Below, one piece after another: positions 1 to 8,427 of a DNA stretch of 35,201 nucleotides; position 1 is the stretch's first letter, and every line of letters begins with the position of its first letter. The DNA comes from a virus. Its lineage: Duplodnaviria > Caudoviricetes. A model generated the notes under the pieces. The model had not been told where the DNA came from and did no database searches. It saw nothing but the letters and a program-made list of their open reading frames with translations. The stretch covers positions 1 to 35,201 of the IMG/VR virus record IMGVR_UViG_3300012952_003032; one strand, given 5' to 3'. A program made the translations under genes and the position numbers.

Positions 1-1
1 A

Positions 2-1339
2 GCATCAGGCTGGACAGATGCAGACCAACAACTTGATATACCACAAACAGCATTACAATCTTATAATCAATTGGCTTGGTTTCCAGGTCAAGAAGGAAGT
101 GATGTCACATTAGATACTACAATTGATACTCTAGCTACTGCATGGTCTTTTTCTTTTTGGCTTTTTAATATGGAAAGTGGAAATTCCTTTGATTTTATTA
201 TAGGTGCTGGTAGTAATAGGAATTTGGCAGTTGATAATAATTCTAATAGAAAACTTTATTATAGAGATGGAGATGGTGTTTATAATGCTTTATCAGATGA
301 GGTTATTCCTGAAGGAAAATGGTTACATATTGTAGTCACTGCTATTGCTGATACAAGTATAACTGCTTATATAAATGGAGAAGCTCAAACTACGAGTACT
401 ACTATGGCTTATGGAGGTTCTGACCCTGACACTCAATTAATTGTAGATAGATTTATGGAAGGATATAGTGCTGGTAATTATGAGTCAAGAGGCTCAATAA
501 CAGAAATATCCTATTTTGCAAATACAACTTTAAATCAAGCTCAAGTAAATACACTTTATAATGACGGAAAAGCATATGATGTAGAAAAAGATACTACATT
601 ATGGTCAGCTTGTACAGCATATTGGAGAAATAATGGTCTTGCTGAATGGCAAGATAGAAAAGGGACTAATGACCTTAACACAAATGGTGTTACAGAAACA
701 ATGTTAATCACAGCAGGAGTAGATGGTTCAAGAGATTCTCAAGGATTTCTAATGAATAGACAAAGAACTACTAATAGTTTGAATAATACTCTAGGTACTA
801 GTGGAGGAAAAAGTTATGTACAAATGAATGTTAAAGGTGATGATGATTTAGCATTTATTGGAGTTGGACATGGATTTTCTGTATCTGTTTGGGTAAAATC
901 ATCACATTTAAATTCTTCTAACGAAATGATAGTATCGAGAAATGATAATACTGATGGATGGAGACTTCAGTTAGATTCGGCAAATAAACTTCAATTTGTT
1001 ATAGAGGAAAATAATAATCTTAGCACAGCAATTACAGATAGTGCAATATTAGTTGATACATGGTATCATATGGTAGGTACATTTAATGGAGACCCTAGTA
1101 ATAATGGTAGTGGGGTTACAAAATTATATATCAATGGAATTACTGGGGGTTCTACTACAAATGATGGAGCTGCTTCCAATGATATGGATGCAGTTACAGA
1201 TACTATGTACATAGGTAGACATACAACACTTAGTGATGTTTTTAATGGAGAAATTGATGATTTATGTATATACAATAAAGTATTATCACAAGAAGAAGTA
1301 ACAAGAAATTATAACGCAGGTAAAAGGAGTCACAGATAA
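2..1339 (+). CDS. LamG/concanavalin-A-like domain tail fibre or receptor-binding protein, 5'-truncated by the window
   Basis: Frame is open from position 2, so the TTG at 71 is not the true start. Two LamG-type repeats (WLHIVVT...YING...GSITEI; FSVSVWVK...WYHMVGTF...LYING...FNGEIDDLCIYNKVLSQEEV). Confidence 0.85.
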   Translation, partial: ASGWTDADQQLDIPQTALQSYNQLAWFPGQEGSDVTLDTTIDTLATAWSFSFWLFNMESGNSFDFIIGAGSNRNLAVDNNSNRKLYYRDGDGVYNALSDEVIPEGKWLHIVVTAIADTSITAYINGEAQTTSTTMAYGGSDPDTQLIVDRFMEGYSAGNYESRGSITEISYFANTTLNQAQVNTLYNDGKAYDVEKDTTLWSACTAYWRNNGLAEWQDRKGTNDLNTNGVTETMLITAGVDGSRDSQGFLMNRQRTTNSLNNTLGTSGGKSYVQMNVKGDDDLAFIGVGHGFSVSVWVKSSHLNSSNEMIVSRNDNTDGWRLQLDSANKLQFVIEENNNLSTAITDSAILVDTWYHMVGTFNGDPSNNGSGVTKLYINGITGGSTTNDGAASNDMDAVTDTMYIGRHTTLSDVFNGEIDDLCIYNKVLSQEEVTRNYNAGKRSHR

Positions 1340-1689
1340 TGGCACATTATGAAATGTATTTTTGTCTACCAAGCAGTGCATATGATAGTGCTGTTGGTAC
1401 TAAAATAAAAGCACTATATCCTATAGTAGAATCAGTAGATGAAGATACTGGGGATATTACTTATAAATCATCTCCTACTTGGAATGATATTATATTTGCA
1501 GGTAAAGTAGGTACTCCAAGATATTCACATGATAAAGCATATTGTATTATTAAAGGTGAATGGTCTATGAAAGATGGAGTTCTATCAGAACTTATAGCAT
1601 TAGGAGCTAATAAAGCATATCCTAATTTTAGTATATTGACAAAGTCTGAAGCACAAGCTTTAGCAAGTAGTGAAACGTTTGTAGAATAA
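1339..1689 (+). CDS. Phage protein coupled to the LamG fibre, possible fibre assembly chaperone
   Basis: TAATG stop/start overlap. PRYSHDKAYCIIKGEW resembles small ORFs that follow LamG fibres; function inferred from position. Confidence 0.5.
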   Translation: MAHYEMYFCLPSSAYDSAVGTKIKALYPIVESVDEDTGDITYKSSPTWNDIIFAGKVGTPRYSHDKAYCIIKGEWSMKDGVLSELIALGANKAYPNFSILTKSEAQALASSETFVE

Positions 1690-1704
1690 CCAAAAGGAGA
1701 GACG

Positions 1705-1890
1705 ATGGATATTGAAGAAAAGTTGGGTAATTTGATTGCCCAAAGAAAGCAAGTTAAACTTGAAATAAATGAATTAGAAGATGCTTTACTTCAAAGAGAA
1801 GAACTTTTAAATAAAGTTGATGGAGCTATAGAATTTGCTAATTTTTTAAAGGAAGATAAACCAAAGAAAAAGGAGAAAAAAAATGCCTAG
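1705..1890 (+). CDS. Small coiled-coil hypothetical protein
   Basis: AAGGAG SD upstream; heptad-like L/E/K pattern. Confidence 0.7.
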   Translation: MDIEEKLGNLIAQRKQVKLEINELEDALLQREELLNKVDGAIEFANFLKEDKPKKKEKKNA

Positions 1891-2275
1891 ATTTGGTAAA
1901 AGCAGTAAAGCAAGACTTGCTACTTGTGATGAAAGATTACAGGAAATATTTAACGAAGTAATTAAATATGTGGATTGCAGTGTTCTTGAGGGACATAGAA
2001 GCAAGGAAAGACAAAATAAACTCTATGAAGAAGGAAAAACTAAAGTACGTTACCCAAAAGGTAGGCATAATTCTAGCCCTAGTAACGCTGTTGATGTCGC
2101 TCCTTACCCTATTGACTGGGATGATAGAGAACGTTTCCACCTTTTTGCTGGGTTCGTCCTTGGGATGGCTCGCAGGATGGGTTATACTCTTCGCTGGGGA
2201 GGAGACTGGAATATGAATTTTGAAGTTGATGATAATCAATTTGACGACTTTCCACATTTTGAGATAAGAGACTAA
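1883..2275 (+). CDS. Endolysin, peptidase M15 family (L-Ala-D-Glu endopeptidase, T5-lysin/CwlK-like)
   Basis: Motifs EGHRSKERQNKLY, RHN...AVDVAPY, WGGDW and DFPHFE (Zn ligands H, D, H); AAGGAG SD. Confidence 0.92.
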   Translation: MPRFGKSSKARLATCDERLQEIFNEVIKYVDCSVLEGHRSKERQNKLYEEGKTKVRYPKGRHNSSPSNAVDVAPYPIDWDDRERFHLFAGFVLGMARRMGYTLRWGGDWNMNFEVDDNQFDDFPHFEIRD

Positions 2276-3042
2276 TGTTAAATAAAAGAGCAGTAGTAAC
2301 TCCTGATAAACATTTTCCCTGTGCAGACATCCCAGCTATAAAAGCAGTTTGCAAAGCGATAGAATTAGTTAAGCCTAATATATATGTCGATTTAGGAGAT
2401 ACTGGAGAATGGGAAGCTTTTTCTAAACATAAATGGAGAGGTAAACAAAAACCTCCATTGGAGTATTTAATAGATGATTTTGATAGAGATGTTAAGAATG
2501 TTAATGCAGGTATGGACATTATCGATGAAGCACTAGATAAAGTTAAATGCAAAGAAAGACATTTCGTAGAAGGTAACCACGAACAATGGCTTAATTTTAC
2601 AGTTCAAGAACATCCTTATTTGCCTCAATATTTAGTGCCCAATGCATTAAATTTAAAAGATAGAGGTTATGAATATCATCCTAATGGAGAATATTTAGAT
2701 ATTGGAAAACTTAGTTTTTATCATGGTAATCATTATGGAGGTCAATATCATACAGCTAATCATTTAAGAAAACTTGGTTGCAATGTTATGTATGGACATT
2801 GGCATGATTTACAACATATGTCTGCTACACATAAAGATGGACCAATAGGAGCTTGGAGTATTGGGTGCTTAAAAGACATGTCTCCTGAAACTAATGCTTG
2901 GCTTAACAACAGAAAGATTAATTGGGCTCATGCCTTTGCAATAGTTGATTATTATGATAATGGTAAATTTACTGTAGATGTAGTACAGATAATAGATGGG
3001 AAAGCAAGAGTGTGGGGTCAGTTAATAGACGGAAATAAATAG
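2275..3042 (+). CDS. Calcineurin-like metallophosphoesterase
   Basis: Complete motif set PDKH, LGD, GNHE, HG, GHWH; TAATG overlap with the endolysin. Confidence 0.9.
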   Translation: MLNKRAVVTPDKHFPCADIPAIKAVCKAIELVKPNIYVDLGDTGEWEAFSKHKWRGKQKPPLEYLIDDFDRDVKNVNAGMDIIDEALDKVKCKERHFVEGNHEQWLNFTVQEHPYLPQYLVPNALNLKDRGYEYHPNGEYLDIGKLSFYHGNHYGGQYHTANHLRKLGCNVMYGHWHDLQHMSATHKDGPIGAWSIGCLKDMSPETNAWLNNRKINWAHAFAIVDYYDNGKFTVDVVQIIDGKARVWGQLIDGNK

Positions 3043-3051
3043 TGGAGATAA

Positions 3052-3417
3052 ATGGAACAAGAAGCAATAGAGAGTTTGATTGGGCAGTATGGCTGGATGG
3101 CAGCAGTAGGCTTCTTATTCCTAATAGGACGTAATACTATTGAATCTGCAATAGAAGCTATTAAAGTATTTGCAGGAGATGATTTAAATACAGATGATGT
3201 AATTATATTTGATGGTAGACCTGCAAGAGTAGTTAGAGTAGGATTTTGGAAAACAATATTATTTGTTTATGAAGTAGGATGTACAAATGGAAAGCCTTTT
3301 ATTAAAGGTGGAAATAAAGTAGCAATACAAAATGATAAATTGAAAGACCATATGATAGAAAAACCATTACCAATGTTAGACTTAAAAAAATGGGATGATT
3401 GTAAAGATATAAAATGA
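3052..3417 (+). CDS. Small membrane protein with an MscS-type (Sm-like) beta domain
   Basis: N-terminal hydrophobic helix, then DLNTDDVIIFDGRPARVVRVGFWKT, resembling the MscS pattern 'GD.I.i.g..G.V..Ig.r.T'; GGAG SD. Confidence 0.55.
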   Translation: MEQEAIESLIGQYGWMAAVGFLFLIGRNTIESAIEAIKVFAGDDLNTDDVIIFDGRPARVVRVGFWKTILFVYEVGCTNGKPFIKGGNKVAIQNDKLKDHMIEKPLPMLDLKKWDDCKDIK

Positions 3418-3527
3418 TTTATTTCTTACTAATATTATTTTTAATATTTATAGGGGTGTTTATTTATGCATGTAATTTTGAATTATTTGATTTACATTTT
3501 GATGAAGATGAAGGATGGTGCGAATGA
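3414..3527 (+). CDS. 37-aa single-TM protein (MIYFLLILFLIFIGVFIYACNFELFDLHFDEDEGWCE), not in the ORF track
   Basis: ATGA overlaps with both neighbours and fills the gap exactly; translated by hand. Confidence 0.55.
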   Translation: MIYFLLILFLIFIGVFIYACNFELFDLHFDEDEGWCE

Positions 3528-3697
3528 AGGACACATTAAGAGTTTTATCTAGTTACCCAGAGCTTGGTATAGGTACTAGCTTTTTTTCAACGTTAATAGG
3601 CTTTTTAAAGGTTTTGAATCCCATTTTAACATTTGTATCTTTAGCTATTGGTATAACAGTTGGTTTAATAACTTTATACGCTAAAATAAAGGAGTAA
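3524..3697 (+). CDS. Two-TM holin-like protein
   Basis: Two hydrophobic segments and a basic C-terminus, inside the lysis cassette. Start moved from 3515 to the ATG at 3524 (ATGA overlap). Confidence 0.55.
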   Translation: MKDTLRVLSSYPELGIGTSFFSTLIGFLKVLNPILTFVSLAIGITVGLITLYAKIKE

Positions 3698-3699
3698 TT

Positions 3700-3870
3700 A
3701 TGATAAAAGCAATAATAGCAAAATGGCTTGCTAAAAAGGGTTTAAAAAATGGTATAGGGCTAATAATATTTATATTAGAAATTATAGCTAAAAATACAAA
3801 ATCTAAAAAAGATGATAAGATAGTGAAAGAATTAAAACCTATATTGAAAAAATTAAAAAAATGGATGTAA
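3700..3870 (+). CDS. 56-aa basic membrane-associated protein with TKSKKDD motif (holin-like), not in the ORF track
   Basis: AAGGAG SD; MIKAIIAKWLAKKGLKNGIGLIIFILEIIAKNTKSKKDDKIVKELKPILKKLKKWM. Confidence 0.65.
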   Translation: MIKAIIAKWLAKKGLKNGIGLIIFILEIIAKNTKSKKDDKIVKELKPILKKLKKWM

Positions 3871-4037
3871 AAGATTTAGAAAAACAATTAAATCAAGTTT
3901 ATAAAATAACTTCTAAGCAAGGTAAATATATAGAAGAGATTGAAAAAAATGTTGCTTTATTAAAAAAAGATTCTCATCCTCCACAAGAATATGTATGTTG
4001 TAAAAATTGTGGATGTAGAATAGCTAAAATAAAATAA
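3861..4037 (+). CDS. 58-aa coiled-coil protein with C-terminal Cys cluster, not in the ORF track
   Basis: MDVKDLEKQLNQVYKITSKQGKYIEEIEKNVALLKKDSHPPQEYVCCKNCGCRIAKIK; tiles between its neighbours. Confidence 0.6.
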   Translation: MDVKDLEKQLNQVYKITSKQGKYIEEIEKNVALLKKDSHPPQEYVCCKNCGCRIAKIK

Positions 4038-4049
4038 AAAGGAGATAAT

Positions 4050-4196
4050 ATGTTATCATTAATTAGTGCTAATTGGGAGTGGTTTTTACTTGCATTGTAC
4101 GTGCTTGAAAAAGGTATAAAACTAAGTCCATCTAAAAAAGATGATTTAATATTTGACATGGTTTTAAAACCTATTATTGATAAGATAAAAAAATAG
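4050..4196 (+). CDS. 48-aa membrane protein with SPSKKDD motif (holin-like), not in the ORF track
   Basis: AAGGAG SD; MLSLISANWEWFLLALYVLEKGIKLSPSKKDDLIFDMVLKPIIDKIKK. Confidence 0.65.
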   Translation: MLSLISANWEWFLLALYVLEKGIKLSPSKKDDLIFDMVLKPIIDKIKK

Positions 4197-4198
4197 TT

Positions 4199-7100
4199 AT
4201 GTCAAAAGAGGTATGGAAATTAGGAAAATTTGACAAAGGAATAAACTCTCATTCAGACCCTAAAGATATAAAGGAAGGTGAATGGGTAGAACTAGATGAT
4301 GTCAATGTATCTAAAGTTGGTGTTGCTAAAGTAATAGGTCAGCCTAGAATAGATACATCTGTGCATCAGGTTAGTGCTGATAAAATAATTCCTGGTAATG
4401 GATTCTACAGATTTACAAGTGATAATTCATTTATGCCTGCCTCACCAACTTCATCGTATCACACTTTAACAAATATAGTAGACGGTGGAGGTGGTAGTCT
4501 TTCAGAAGCTATTTTTAGCATAGAAAGTTTAGTATGGGCTTTTCCAAGCTCAAGTAATATACAAAATGGTTATTTAAAGTTTCAGTTATTTATAGATACT
4601 ACAGCTATTACTGACCAGTTTACTGTTATACATTCTGATGGAACTCCTAATTTTTCTACATCAGTAGGTTCAGGTGGTAGTGTTTCTGAAAATAATACTG
4701 TTCAAACAAATATATATAAAGGTACTAGTGAATCTTTCGGAAGTTCTGATTTTGATGATTTATATTCTATACCTAGTGGAAGACCTAAAAATAGTGCTAT
4801 GATAGGAAGAATATTAAGAAATTCTTGGTATAATAGCGATACATCCAGTTTTCATCCTGGAGCAGCAGGAATTCAAAATAATAATTGGAGTGACAATAAT
4901 ATAATTGATGCACAACCTGCATGGTCTAATATACCAGATTGGTACACTAATGGCTGGCAAATTTGGACAAACAATGTTCAAGGTTCTGAAGATTATTATA
5001 GGTCTGATTTTTTTTGGGATAATGATTGGTTTGATGAATTGACTAGTCATTACAATAATCCTAATTTAATTTTTTCAGCTATATTTGATTCTAGTGATAA
5101 TAACGAGCCAAATGGAACATTAAGTATGCGAAATACTGATATGATGGGTTTTTATAAATGGGATGGCTATAAAGGTTTTTACGGAGATATGCAAGTCCCA
5201 CCTGAATATAGCCCATTTGTAGTTCCTACATATCCGTATGTACCAGGATTTTCTCCATGGCCTTCAAATAACGGAATCTTTTCTTTATACGGAGAATATT
5301 ATAAAATGGTATGCGCATTTCAATCTCAATTAATTTATGAAATAAACAATTATAGTGGTGGTTCTGCTTCTGATAGATTTTATGCTCAATTTGTAGAAAA
5401 CACTACTGGAGATAGTAATTTATTTGATTATGATGAAGCTGTTCCTTCTCCTCCTAGTGCTAGTGGAGATGGAAGTGATGATTGGCATGTTTCAGCAGAA
5501 TTTTATGATATGATTAGATTATTTCCAAGAACTGTAGGAGCTAAATCTGGAAAAATTAATTGTAAAATGACTTATTACAATACATCAGATGCATCCATAT
5601 CTTCTAATGGAGGAGAAGCTGGTAGCACTGGAATTTCTGCAGCTGTTCATTTATTAGATGATAAAGATGCTTATGGATTTATTGATGGAGAAGGAGATTC
5701 TTATGAAGAAAATAATTTAGAAACTTTTAATGTAACTTCACTAGGTCCTTATGGCGGAGCAATGGTTATAAGAGGAAATACAGATTTAGAAGTTGGAGAT
5801 GCAGAAGATAATGTAGAAACACATAGACTTGTTTTAAAAGGTAATCCATTGTCTGGTCAATTTTTAGATTTAGATTTTCAAGGAACAGGAAGTGCAATTT
5901 CTAATGCTTATATCGAAAATTTTCAAATTTATCATAGTACTAATCAAGCAGCTTTAACTGCTTTAAAATCAGATATAGATGCTTTAAGTGGCTATACATC
6001 TGGTTCTGTAACTGCAGACTCAAATACTTCAGGAGATACATATCCTGGATATTATTTAGATATAAAAGCTGATACAGCTGGTAGAAATTATCAATTCAGC
6101 TTATCTCTTCAATGGAAAACTAATGCTATTAATTATTCTGCATCGATAGGAGTAGATGATGAGCAGTTTGCATTTATATCACAATCAAATACAACTTTAC
6201 CAGTAGGTAATACTACTGTTAAGCCTTTAATTTTTAAACTATTTAGTACCTATTCAAGTAGTTGGATAACAAGATATGCTAATACAATTTCATCTATAAA
6301 TAATAATGATATGAATGAATATTTAAATTGGTATTCATATAATAATATAGAGTCAGACCCTTTGTTTTATGATGAGGGAAATGTTTTAAGAATATGTGAA
6401 ACTAATTTTAGTTTAAAACAACAATTAGAATCATTATTTGAAACACACGATATAAATGATGGTCAATACAATAGTTTATTAGGTAATATGTGGTCAAATC
6501 CAACTCAATGGTTAGGATATAAAGATATAAGCAATCATTTTGGAGATTCTTTTAATTATACAGGAAATCTTAAGGGATTTTTTATAGGGCATCAAGCTAA
6601 AATATGGAATTATACAGGAACTACAAAAGGATTAGTAGTTGCAAGTACAGATAATTTAAGAGCTACTGGTCATGCAATAACTGGTAATGATACATTAATG
6701 AAAGTACATTTTCATCAGGGCAGTAGTGGTGGTATAGATTGGACTGGTAGTATTAAGATATATGCAGTAGCTTGTTACGATGATGGTAGCGAAACATTAC
6801 CTACACATTATTTTGACAGTTCTCCTCCATCAGCATCAGGTTATTTTGATAGTGATGACAATGCTAAAACATTAAAATTAAGAGTTCTTTTTAAACCTTC
6901 AAATTCACTAGGACAAAAATGCTTTGATGATGCAAGAATAAATGGAATAAGATTATACTATACTCATTCGGAAGAAAATAATTCTACATTTTGGAATTTA
7001 GGAAAATTTGATTTTAATAGAGGTTTTATAAAAGCTTCTGTTGTAGATACTACAGATTCAACAGCTGGGCTTGAAAGTAAATATGAGTGGACAACAGCAG

Positions 7101-7996
7101 GTGATGCTTCAATAGGTGATAGTAATACTACAGCATCAGATAATAATAATATTACTTTATGGAATGGAAGTACTTATGATATAGAATATACTCAAATGCC
7201 TAAAACAAAATCATATGAAGATATTAATGGATTTTCTCCGTTAAATAATACTTTGCATGTAGATTTTAAAGCAGCTTGTATAGCAGGTAGAAGAGCTTTT
7301 GTAGGAAATATAAGAGTTTGGAATGGCTATTCATATGAATATTATAACGATAGAATGGTAGTTAGTCCCGTAAATGCATTAGATTCTTTTCCATATCCTG
7401 CTAATATTTTAGATTTAGATATATCAGATGGTGATGAAATTATTGCATTAACTTCTTATGGAGATAAAGTTTTGCAATTTAAAAAAAGAATATGCTATAT
7501 ACTTAATATATCTACAGGTATAGCTGCTGAATTTTTTATAGAAGAAAGACATAAGTGGAAAGGTATAGAAAATAAAAATCATTTTTGCGTTACAGACAAT
7601 GGTATATTTTGGGCTAACGATAGAGGAGCCTGGATATATAATGGAGAAGAGCTTAAAGATTTGTTTATAAGAAAAGGTGATGATAGTTCGCAACAAATAA
7701 TTAATAGAGACGATTGGGCTTCATTTATATCTAAAGATAGTATTGTTGGATATGATGCATATACTAGAGAAATTATTGTTATAAAGAAAAATAAATACTC
7801 TACAACAGGAGATGCTGATTGCTATATATATTCTTTAATAGTTGAATCATGGACTAAAGGAGTAAAAAGATTTTATGCTGGTGTAAATAATGCTATAACT
7901 AATTTTCAAAATACAGGTTCTTTAGGTAAGCTATGTTATTTGTCTGAAGAAGCTAATGGAGGAGGAGGTCCTGATAATCCAGGTCCTATACATTAA
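4199..7996 (+). CDS. Tail nozzle / head-tail stabilization protein (P22 gp10 / T7 gp12-like), with large insertions
   Basis: N-terminal FDKGINSHSDPKDI...NV..G pattern and C-terminal beta-propeller-like blades (GDEIIALTSYGDKVLQFKK, GIFWANDRGAWIYNG) typical of podovirus nozzles. Confidence 0.65.
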   Translation: MSKEVWKLGKFDKGINSHSDPKDIKEGEWVELDDVNVSKVGVAKVIGQPRIDTSVHQVSADKIIPGNGFYRFTSDNSFMPASPTSSYHTLTNIVDGGGGSLSEAIFSIESLVWAFPSSSNIQNGYLKFQLFIDTTAITDQFTVIHSDGTPNFSTSVGSGGSVSENNTVQTNIYKGTSESFGSSDFDDLYSIPSGRPKNSAMIGRILRNSWYNSDTSSFHPGAAGIQNNNWSDNNIIDAQPAWSNIPDWYTNGWQIWTNNVQGSEDYYRSDFFWDNDWFDELTSHYNNPNLIFSAIFDSSDNNEPNGTLSMRNTDMMGFYKWDGYKGFYGDMQVPPEYSPFVVPTYPYVPGFSPWPSNNGIFSLYGEYYKMVCAFQSQLIYEINNYSGGSASDRFYAQFVENTTGDSNLFDYDEAVPSPPSASGDGSDDWHVSAEFYDMIRLFPRTVGAKSGKINCKMTYYNTSDASISSNGGEAGSTGISAAVHLLDDKDAYGFIDGEGDSYEENNLETFNVTSLGPYGGAMVIRGNTDLEVGDAEDNVETHRLVLKGNPLSGQFLDLDFQGTGSAISNAYIENFQIYHSTNQAALTALKSDIDALSGYTSGSVTADSNTSGDTYPGYYLDIKADTAGRNYQFSLSLQWKTNAINYSASIGVDDEQFAFISQSNTTLPVGNTTVKPLIFKLFSTYSSSWITRYANTISSINNNDMNEYLNWYSYNNIESDPLFYDEGNVLRICETNFSLKQQLESLFETHDINDGQYNSLLGNMWSNPTQWLGYKDISNHFGDSFNYTGNLKGFFIGHQAKIWNYTGTTKGLVVASTDNLRATGHAITGNDTLMKVHFHQGSSGGIDWTGSIKIYAVACYDDGSETLPTHYFDSSPPSASGYFDSDDNAKTLKLRVLFKPSNSLGQKCFDDARINGIRLYYTHSEENNSTFWNLGKFDFNRGFIKASVVDTTDSTAGLESKYEWTTAGDASIGDSNTTASDNNNITLWNGSTYDIEYTQMPKTKSYEDINGFSPLNNTLHVDFKAACIAGRRAFVGNIRVWNGYSYEYYNDRMVVSPVNALDSFPYPANILDLDISDGDEIIALTSYGDKVLQFKKRICYILNISTGIAAEFFIEERHKWKGIENKNHFCVTDNGIFWANDRGAWIYNGEELKDLFIRKGDDSSQQIINRDDWASFISKDSIVGYDAYTREIIVIKKNKYSTTGDADCYIYSLIVESWTKGVKRFYAGVNNAITNFQNTGSLGKLCYLSEEANGGGGPDNPGPIH

Positions 7997-8427
7997 TGGC
8001 TAAAGAAATAAAATTTAAAACGTGGAATGATATAGCAACTAGTACTAGTAACTTTAAAATGACAACAAAATATACTGACTTAGGAGCTGCTGATGCTAAA
8101 AAATCTATATTAGGAATTATTATTAATTTAAATAAAGGTTCTACTAATACTAATACATCTAATGCTTTTTTTTCATTAAGATTTAAATATAGAACTAATT
8201 TAGATGAAAATTTTGGAACTTTAATTACAATAAATAATAGTTATCAAAATACAAATCAAACACAAAATGTTGAAATAGTTAAATATCTTCCAAAGCCTTT
8301 AAAAAATATATATAATTTTCAACTTAAAATAGAAGGTATTGCTATTAAAAATGATTTTAGCATAAATGATGTAGGCATAATTTTTAGAAAATATAGAGAT
8401 ACAAGAATAGCAAGTTTAAATGAATAA
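7996..8427 (+). CDS. Beta-sandwich virion protein resembling the C-terminal domain of nozzle proteins
   Basis: TAATG coupling; MTTKYTDLGAADAKKSILGI and FQLKIEG...FSINDVGIIFR patterns. Confidence 0.5.
   Translation: MAKEIKFKTWNDIATSTSNFKMTTKYTDLGAADAKKSILGIIINLNKGSTNTNTSNAFFSLRFKYRTNLDENFGTLITINNSYQNTNQTQNVEIVKYLPKPLKNIYNFQLKIEGIAIKNDFSINDVGIIFRKYRDTRIASLNE

Noticed and set aside
1968-2216. Hydrophobic +1-frame ORF inside the endolysin as an embedded holin or spanin
   Set aside because: No SD or lipobox; T-rich third positions shifted to codon position 2 generate hydrophobic shadow ORFs.
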